Shown: piece by piece, positions 22,713-28,757 of the stretch
Layout: each line of letters opens with the position of its first letter
Position numbering within the stretch: the first letter of the stretch is position 1
Assembly (NCBI GenBank): GCA_964572875.1
Contig: CAZNGE010000008.1
Span: 5,753-34,509, forward strand
Length of the DNA: 28,757 bases
Source of the DNA: an uncultured Methanosarcinales archaeon
GTDB lineage: Archaea; Nanobdellota; Nanobdellia; Woesearchaeales; UBA11576
Reading direction: 5' to 3'
Position numbers and translations under genes: made by a program
Notes under the pieces: generated by a model
What the model saw: the letters and a program-made list of their open reading frames with translations, nothing else
Databases searched by the model: none
Told to the model about the DNA's origin: nothing

Positions 22713-25304
22713 ATGGGCTGGCTGAAAAGGTTTTACAATCGCCTCAGAGGGCGCGGATTCGAGGATGAGGTATTCGATCTCGACGATATGACTAGCGAGA
22801 GCAGCGTGGACATAGAGCAGCAGGGCAGGAGCCTGGCTGACTTGCTGCTGTTCAGGAAGCCCGAGGAGAAGCCCGATGAGGAGAAGAAGATAAGCACTGC
22901 CCAGAGGCGTATCGACGACATAATAGATGAATATATCCGGGTGAAGAGCGAGGCCGGAGGCAAGTTCCTGAAGTACATGAAGAGAAAGGGGTGGGATCTT
23001 GAGGAGATCATCAATGCAGGTATGCTTTTCGAGCAGACCATATTCAAGGACAATGCCCAGCCGCCTGAAGAGTCTCTCAGGCTCCTGCACAGGGTCATAA
23101 AATCAGGCGTCCTGAAGGAGCAGAATTATGCGGTAGAATACCCTGATGGGACGAAAGGTCCTGTCGGTTCGTCCTCCCAGCTCAAGCTCGTGCTTTACGC
23201 CCTCAACAGGATGATCGCTTCATCAGTGCCTGCATGGGCATACCGTAATATCATCAGCGAATGGGTCGGCAACAAGGAAGCGTATAAGAACAGCGACCGC
23301 TTCGCCCTGGACTTCTTCCAGGCAGTGTCTGATCCGAGCAGGAAAGATGACAAGTCTGGCTCGCTCGCATTGGCAGGCCTCATGTCCAGGCAGCAGCGGG
23401 ACCTGCTGATAACCATCAACGATCGCCTGACGCGATCCTCATTGCTGAGGTATGGCAACAAGTTCTCAGTCATGTGTACTGGGATACTTAACGCGAACGA
23501 GCGTACTCCCCAGAAGGCATATGAGCTCTGCGAGAAGTTCCTTGAAAAGGACACTAAGTTCGAGGTCCCGGAGATGTGCGGCTCGCTTCTCAGCCTTCCC
23601 GATGAGACGCCCAGAAGGACGTTCCAGTTCATAGAGGATGCTATTAACCGCATACTCTCCGACGATAAGACAGGTATGTCTGTGAAGTGGTATGCGGAAA
23701 GCCTTGAGAACTATGTTTCCCAGATTTCGAAGAAGCTGAGTGATGTGGGGCTCGCTCCCCAGATGGATGACAATCCTGAGAGGTTCCTGCAGAACTGGTA
23801 CAAGCTGTCAGAGCTCGCCACCAAGTACGGGAACTTCGGCATGTTCCGGAGAGAGGATATCTCATTTCTTCTCGCGCAGGCCGACTTCGATGCTAAGACC
23901 TATATCGAGAAATGCCTCAATGAGCTCAAGCAGCTTGACCTCAACATGTCAAGCATGACCTCGGGCTATAAACCCGAGGCTCCTCACTTCGAGTTCCTCC
24001 TCGACAGGCTGCATGACGCGAACCCTCTCGAGTCCATGGTGTTTGCCATGGCCCATATGAAGGCAGTGAAAGGAGAGTTGCTGAGGCCATTCGAACAGAG
24101 GTGGTATGATGAGCTGGTGTCTAAGGCATACGCGCGCAACACAGACCTGAGGGAAGACCAGAGGAAGCTGGTAGACATCGTCGTCGACAGGAGGAACACA
24201 AAAGACGTTCCGCCTCATGTCGCAGAGTATTACCGACTGCAGTATGGCGTAAAGGTATCAGGAAGGATGCTCGACCTGGGCAAGGACAACAATGCATGGT
24301 ACCGCTTCAGGAGCTCTGTTGAGGGATATCAGGCCCTGAACGGGGAGGGCCAGGGTGAGGACAGGGTGGATAAAGGGTTCATATCCAGGATTGTCTGGCA
24401 CCTGAACCGGCATGGACAGCTTGGGATGCGCGACATACTTCTGGCAGGGCTTGCCTGCGGCGATGGATGGAAAGAGATCGCGATGTACCTGGAGATAAAG
24501 GACAGGCAGCGGCTTAAGGACGGCAGGCCGTTCAATGTCTGGCTGAACATGTATGACAAGAACTCTGAGATGATAGCAAGGGCAAGGAGGAACTGCAACA
24601 GCAAGAGGATAGCGGCTTCCACCTACAGGAGGGACATAATGGAGATGAACTATGAGACTGATTTCTCAGGTTTCGAGAGGCAGCTTATTTTCTTCCTAGG
24701 AGGAAGGACTCCTTTCAACTTCGGGGATGATTTCAACAGGCTCCTTGACTCCCTGCTCATGATCAGTCTCAAGCACTTCACGGAGAAGGTGCCAAAGCCC
24801 GCGATAATACTGATTGAAGGCGCTGAATCGACGAACATGGAGCATTACTGGGACAGGAATGCGATACAGCTGCATTCCGAATACCTGTTGAGGCGCCTTG
24901 AGATGGACCGCAACGTGATATATTTTGACAAGTCGATCACCCAGCCGATAACGCTTCCTCTGACAGTCATAGGAGAGTCGGCGGAGACTACATACGCAGC
25001 GATCCAGACGCCTGAGAAGGACAGCGTAGAGTTCTATTTTGTCGCGCTCAGGGATACCCCGATACTGGGAGGTAAGCACATGCTGCATGCCAATGAAGTG
25101 ATAAGGTGCGGCGAGAGCAGGCTTATGTCCCCGGAGATATATGCTTCATTGAAAGACCGGTTCATCTGGGAGGTCATAAGGAACGACAATGACGCGAACA
25201 ACATGTTCCTGAAGCTGATACCTGATTACGAAAAGCTTTTAGGTACAGAAAGACAGGCAGAATTACCTTTTAAGTTATTGATGCCGCAGACTGAAGAAAA
25301 ATGA
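22713..25304 (+). CDS. Large (863 aa) protein of unknown function. Its C-terminal third has class-I SAM-methyltransferase (EgtD/Methyltransf_33-like) motifs.
   Basis: The SD is GGAGGC. Motif I is ILLAGLACGDGWKEI, the post-I segment is FNVWLNMYDKNSEM, and motif III is LLDSLLMISLKHFTEKVPKPAIILIEG. The N-terminal ~550 aa show no recognisable domain. Confidence 0.5.
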   Translation: MGWLKRFYNRLRGRGFEDEVFDLDDMTSESSVDIEQQGRSLADLLLFRKPEEKPDEEKKISTAQRRIDDIIDEYIRVKSEAGGKFLKYMKRKGWDLEEIINAGMLFEQTIFKDNAQPPEESLRLLHRVIKSGVLKEQNYAVEYPDGTKGPVGSSSQLKLVLYALNRMIASSVPAWAYRNIISEWVGNKEAYKNSDRFALDFFQAVSDPSRKDDKSGSLALAGLMSRQQRDLLITINDRLTRSSLLRYGNKFSVMCTGILNANERTPQKAYELCEKFLEKDTKFEVPEMCGSLLSLPDETPRRTFQFIEDAINRILSDDKTGMSVKWYAESLENYVSQISKKLSDVGLAPQMDDNPERFLQNWYKLSELATKYGNFGMFRREDISFLLAQADFDAKTYIEKCLNELKQLDLNMSSMTSGYKPEAPHFEFLLDRLHDANPLESMVFAMAHMKAVKGELLRPFEQRWYDELVSKAYARNTDLREDQRKLVDIVVDRRNTKDVPPHVAEYYRLQYGVKVSGRMLDLGKDNNAWYRFRSSVEGYQALNGEGQGEDRVDKGFISRIVWHLNRHGQLGMRDILLAGLACGDGWKEIAMYLEIKDRQRLKDGRPFNVWLNMYDKNSEMIARARRNCNSKRIAASTYRRDIMEMNYETDFSGFERQLIFFLGGRTPFNFGDDFNRLLDSLLMISLKHFTEKVPKPAIILIEGAESTNMEHYWDRNAIQLHSEYLLRRLEMDRNVIYFDKSITQPITLPLTVIGESAETTYAAIQTPEKDSVEFYFVALRDTPILGGKHMLHANEVIRCGESRLMSPEIYASLKDRFIWEVIRNDNDANNMFLKLIPDYEKLLGTERQAELPFKLLMPQTEEK

Positions 25305-26884
25305 AGAATTCGCTGAAAGGAGTAGGATCGCTGGAACGTATCGTCTATCACACGATGGTGGATGGACGGGGCAGGCTTAGGAAGGGCTATGCCCGGCTCC
25401 TGAACCCTTTCGGCAAGTACCGTCATGACCAGTATCCGGCGAACCAGATAGGCCTGCTTGCCCGTCTCGAGAAGCCCCTGCAGGATATGCACATAAAGCT
25501 CGGCGAGATAGAGGATCTTGTCAGGAATGACCGCGCTTATGTTCAGGGCATGTATTCCCCCAATCTGATTCATTTCGTAAGGAAGGTCATCGCGCGTATA
25601 GGGATGGAATCATACAACGTAGAGTGGAGGAACAGGGAGAGCCAGATCCAGCTCAAGGAGAAGATCGAGGCTTCTACTGACATCACGTTGCTCGCGAACA
25701 GGATGCTTTCAGAGATGGCTGAGAGGCATGTCATAGCTGTGTTCAAGGACATAATGAGGGACAAGACCCATCCGCGGAAGAAGGACTTCTATACTGTCAT
25801 GGATCTCGGCTGCGGCATGCACGCCGCGACGATAGGTAACCATCTCGAGAAGCTGCATGATCTCGCTGGAAAGGGACTCATCCCGAAGAGATACAGCGAT
25901 TACGTCAGGGTGCTGCTCGTCGACGTGGATCCGCATGCGACGCATAAGACAGCAGACATGATATCCAATCCTAATTCATATAAGCATCTGGGGTTCAAGT
26001 TCAGCTCTCCGAGGGAGGTCCATTGCTTCAACATGAACTTCAATGAGCTCGCGACCAACCCGGCATTGATGGACTACACAGGGCTTGTAGACACAGGGCT
26101 CAGCGGGGCAGCGCCGTGCCACGTGACAGAGAAGGATGAGTTCTTCAGCATGAACCGCAAGCTGTGCTCGCACAGGGGGGCATTCTTCATGTGGGACTGG
26201 CTCGCCAAGACATTCGCGGCCCAGTATCTCAGGTTGCCGCGTATCGCACCGGGCTGCATATTGTTCGAGGCGTCTCGCGAAATCCCTGAACGGCATGAGG
26301 TATACACATTCGAAGACATAGATGCTATACCTGATGATTTCTATGAGAAACTTAAGGGCACAAGGTGGCGCAGCATCTATGAGCTGCGCGAGGAGGATGT
26401 GGCGCCCCATCTGGCGAACATGGATGCCTGGCTTGGGTATTGGGGGTACAGGATGTTCGACGATTCAGAGGAGTGCTTTGTCGAGAAGCAGGTCAATGGC
26501 ATGGGCATAACCGAGTTCCACCGTAAGCTGTTCCATATGCTGATCGAGAAGGAGAGGGGATACAACCCGATACATGATTTCGTGATAGGCTCGCTTTCAA
26601 GAGGCAGGAGGTCTGACCTTATGCCTTTCGATACCGGTAGGGTCGCCTACAACTTCATAGAGAGCTATGGCATCGAGGTCTCCAGGATGATGAGGAAGGC
26701 CGGTTTCGAGGCATATGACATACCTTTCGCAGAAGCGATGGATCTCGCAAGGACGCAGAACTTAAGCGGAGAGTTCAACATGAATGCAGATGATCTCAAT
26801 GAGACGCAGAAAGTGATGATGCCTGCCCTGAACTTCAGCGTCGCTTACGACGACAAGGATTATCTTGATGAGCTACTTAGATGA
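25301..26884 (+). CDS. 527-aa protein with an EgtD-like SAM-methyltransferase motif set. It is translationally coupled (ATGA overlap) to the 863-aa gene.
   Basis: Motif I is FYTVMDLGCGMHAATIGNHL, and the post-I segment is YVRVLLVDVDPHATHK with an acidic residue at the end of beta-2. Later motifs include FFSMNRKLCSHRGAFFMWDW. Confidence 0.5.
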   Translation: MKNSLKGVGSLERIVYHTMVDGRGRLRKGYARLLNPFGKYRHDQYPANQIGLLARLEKPLQDMHIKLGEIEDLVRNDRAYVQGMYSPNLIHFVRKVIARIGMESYNVEWRNRESQIQLKEKIEASTDITLLANRMLSEMAERHVIAVFKDIMRDKTHPRKKDFYTVMDLGCGMHAATIGNHLEKLHDLAGKGLIPKRYSDYVRVLLVDVDPHATHKTADMISNPNSYKHLGFKFSSPREVHCFNMNFNELATNPALMDYTGLVDTGLSGAAPCHVTEKDEFFSMNRKLCSHRGAFFMWDWLAKTFAAQYLRLPRIAPGCILFEASREIPERHEVYTFEDIDAIPDDFYEKLKGTRWRSIYELREEDVAPHLANMDAWLGYWGYRMFDDSEECFVEKQVNGMGITEFHRKLFHMLIEKERGYNPIHDFVIGSLSRGRRSDLMPFDTGRVAYNFIESYGIEVSRMMRKAGFEAYDIPFAEAMDLARTQNLSGEFNMNADDLNETQKVMMPALNFSVAYDDKDYLDELLR

Positions 26885-27883
26885 TGGTTTCGATGATGTC
26901 TTGTTCTTCTCAGAAGGGAAAGGCAGGTAGTTTATCCTGTGCTCCTTGAACACGAGGCCTGGTTTGCAGTCCTTTATCACGTCAGGGAAATTTGTCTTCA
27001 GCCCCCTGAGCATGTTGTGCAGCTCCATGCTGTTCATTACCTGTATCTCGAACTCAAGGTCTGCCAGCCCTATCGCGTCTGTTATGTAGATCGTGTTCTT
27101 GTTGAGCCTGAGATATTCTATTATCTGGTTGATTATCTGCTTGTTGACGGTGTGGAGCTTGAGGAACACCTTGAAGTGCTGGTATCCTATCTGCGAAGTG
27201 TCTATCATGGTGTTGAACGCGACGATGACCCCGCTGTCGACGAGCTTCTTTATCCTATACTTGACAGTGTTGGGCGAAGCGCCGACCTTCTTGCCAATGT
27301 CCAGCGTCGTGCTCCGGGCGTCTTCCGCGAGCAGCTTGAGTATCTCTATGTCAAGCTCGTCGATGTCTGCAGGCGGCTTGTTGCCCCCTATGACTGCTTC
27401 AGAATAATCTTTAGAGTCGAAGAGGTAGTTGTGCTTGAAATGGTAGATGTGCAGGACGATGCTTATGTAGTATTCCTGGAAGTACTTTCCGTACTTGTCG
27501 AGCACCTTGTCGTATATCTCCCTGAACTCATAGATGTCCTTGGCCCAGAAAAGTACCGCGATGTCGTAGAACCCTTCGTATGCTGCTATCCAGCCGACTG
27601 AGTTCAGGCTCTTGAGGTAGTCTGTGATCTCTCTCTCTATCGCAGGCGAGACGTTCTGGAACTTTATGAACAGCCTGTAGATCTTGTATCCTATGCCTGA
27701 CGTGTCTATGACTGCGTGGAACCCCTGTATTATGCCCTTCTCCACAAGCCTCTTCATGCGGTAGTTGACGACCTCTTTCGAGAGGCCTACCTTCTTGGCA
27801 ATCATGGATATCGGCTGCCTTGAGTTCCTGTCCAGTTCTAGAAGGATCCGCTTGTCTTTGGTGTCTAAAATCGTCGATTTCAC
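26873..27883 (-). CDS. Tandem-duplicated Lrp/AsnC-family transcription regulator with two HTH plus RAM modules. The transcript is leaderless.
   Basis: The two modules are KRILLELDRNSRQPISMIAKKVGLSKEVVNYRMKRLVEKGIIQGF and LDIEILKLLAEDARSTTLDIGKKVGASPNTVKYRIKKLVDSGVIVAF. On the minus strand a TATA (TTATAAAAT, plus coordinates 27897-27906) lies ~25 bp upstream of the ATG. The 3' end overlaps the convergent gene by 12 bp. Confidence 0.75.
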   Translation of the reverse strand: MKSTILDTKDKRILLELDRNSRQPISMIAKKVGLSKEVVNYRMKRLVEKGIIQGFHAVIDTSGIGYKIYRLFIKFQNVSPAIEREITDYLKSLNSVGWIAAYEGFYDIAVLFWAKDIYEFREIYDKVLDKYGKYFQEYYISIVLHIYHFKHNYLFDSKDYSEAVIGGNKPPADIDELDIEILKLLAEDARSTTLDIGKKVGASPNTVKYRIKKLVDSGVIVAFNTMIDTSQIGYQHFKVFLKLHTVNKQIINQIIEYLRLNKNTIYITDAIGLADLEFEIQVMNSMELHNMLRGLKTNFPDVIKDCKPGLVFKEHRINYLPFPSEKNKTSSKPSSK

Positions 27884-28046
27884 GAAACCACCACCCTATT
27901 TTATAATTACGCAACAATAATATATAAATTTTGCGTTTTAGGGAAAAAAGCCCTAAGAAGTTTTATACATTTCAGACGCATATATTATGGTTGAGGGGAG
28001 CAGTATTTACTTGTGCAGCGATATGTTATGATTACATCGAACATAA

Positions 28047-28182
28047 GGGGAGAGATGTCTGCTCAAAGCCTGGAAGGCTTTGGCATCTTAAAATCATTGG
28101 TGACAATGATTTTACGACTCCACACAAAGCGCTCAGGAACAACGTTTCTGAGGTCTTCGGCCACCAAACAATCTCTCTCCCC
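28047..28182 (+). ncRNA. Candidate structured RNA (136 nt) or structured 5' leader: a 9-bp closing stem around three hairpins.
   Basis: The closing stem is GGGGAGAGA (28047-28055) paired with TCTCTCCCC (28174-28182). Hairpin 1 is CTCAAAGCC-TGGAA-GGCTTTGG (28062-28083). Hairpin 2 is AAAATCATTG-GTGA-CAATGATTTT (28090-28113), a 10-bp stem with a GNRA-type loop. Hairpin 3 is CTCAG-N11-CTGAG (28132-28152). AT-rich TATA-like sequences lie upstream at 27921-27935 and 27983-27992. Confidence 0.35.
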
Positions 28183-28260
28183 TTTAGTGATTATTGATTT
28201 TTCACCGTAGGGATGCCGGGTCTTCAAACCTGGCCCGAAAAAGAGGTATAGAGGTGCAAG

Positions 28261-28707
28261 ATGATAAAGAGAAAGGACCTTTTGATTTTGTCATACCTAA
28301 GGAACAATGCCAGGCAGCGCCTTACGAGCATTTCCAGAAGGACGCACATACCCGTTACAACGATATACGACAACGTGAGAAGGTACGAGAAGAAGTTCAT
28401 CGTGAAGCACGCGAGCCTTCTTGATTTCAGGAAGCTTGGTTTCAACGCTAAGACAAATATAGCTCTGAAGATAAACGGCTCTAGGGCCGAGCTGCTGAGC
28501 TACCTCCAGGAACATCCGAATGTTAATTCTCTGTACAGGACCGATTCAGAATTCGATCTTATGGCAGAGCTTGTGTTCAGGGAGTTGAGAGATGTCGATG
28601 AGTTCATGGAGACCCTTAACAACAAGTTCGACGTGGAAAAGAGTGTCGTCTTCAACATAACAGAGGACCTTAAGCGTGAAGATTTCATGAGCAAGGTCTC
28701 GTTTTAG
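28261..28707 (+). CDS. Lrp/AsnC-family transcription regulator (148 aa).
   Basis: The HTH is KDLLILSYLRNNARQRLTSISRRTHIPVTTIYDNVRRYEKK, followed by a RAM-like domain. The SD is GAGGTG. Confidence 0.7.
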   Translation: MIKRKDLLILSYLRNNARQRLTSISRRTHIPVTTIYDNVRRYEKKFIVKHASLLDFRKLGFNAKTNIALKINGSRAELLSYLQEHPNVNSLYRTDSEFDLMAELVFRELRDVDEFMETLNNKFDVEKSVVFNITEDLKREDFMSKVSF

Positions 28708-28757
28708 GGATGGCTGGATACAGGATGATTTGCGTGCCATCTGCCGAGTGCAGGTGG

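Noticed and set aside
22560-23653. Minus-strand ORFs of 176, 121 and 152 aa.
   Set aside because: They are antisense to the 863-aa gene, which has a strong SD and start at 22713.
1-28757. Looked for CRISPR arrays, transposase or integrase genes, and toxin-antitoxin pairs.
   Set aside because: I found no regularly spaced 25-40-bp repeats and no ORF with recombinase, transposase or integrase motifs in the six-frame track.

Overview
The window is a 28.8-kb archaeal chromosomal segment. Sequence cues point to a crenarchaeon, probably Thermoproteales-like: AGG/AGA Arg and ATA Ile codon bias, TTTATA-type TATA boxes, first genes with no leader but GGTG/GGAGG Shine-Dalgarno sites inside operons, many Lrp/AsnC-type regulators, a tRNA with a bulge-helix-bulge intron, and a surface protein dense in N-glycosylation sequons.

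Contents, in order:
(1) An intron-containing tRNA, probably Arg(UCG), with partial copies of its own 5' and 3' ends close by.
(2) A minus-strand operon under a promoter region carrying five copies of a 16-bp direct repeat. It encodes a tandem-HTH regulator, a 3026-aa multi-domain surface/adhesin-like membrane protein, a type-IV-pilin-like protein and a small membrane protein.
(3) A SpoIIM/DUF95-like membrane protein and a divergently transcribed small membrane protein.
(4) About 1.1 kb without convincing coding sequence (12592-13752), split into an AT-rich part with repeated motifs and a GC-richer part that may hold an ncRNA.
(5) A module of an Mre11/SbcD-like protein with degenerate phosphoesterase motifs and a ~480-aa coiled-coil insertion, a coiled-coil AAA+ ATPase and an 81-aa protein. 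I consider this the best candidate for an undescribed system.
(6) A wHTH regulator carrying a conserved CxxCH motif, followed by a membrane transglutaminase-like protein and an SPFH protein with an inserted tandem repeat.
(7) A paralogous CxxCH regulator followed by two large proteins with EgtD-like SAM-methyltransferase motifs.
(8) Two more Lrp/AsnC regulators, with a 136-nt multi-hairpin element that looks like a structured RNA between them.

I found no CRISPR array, integrase or transposase.
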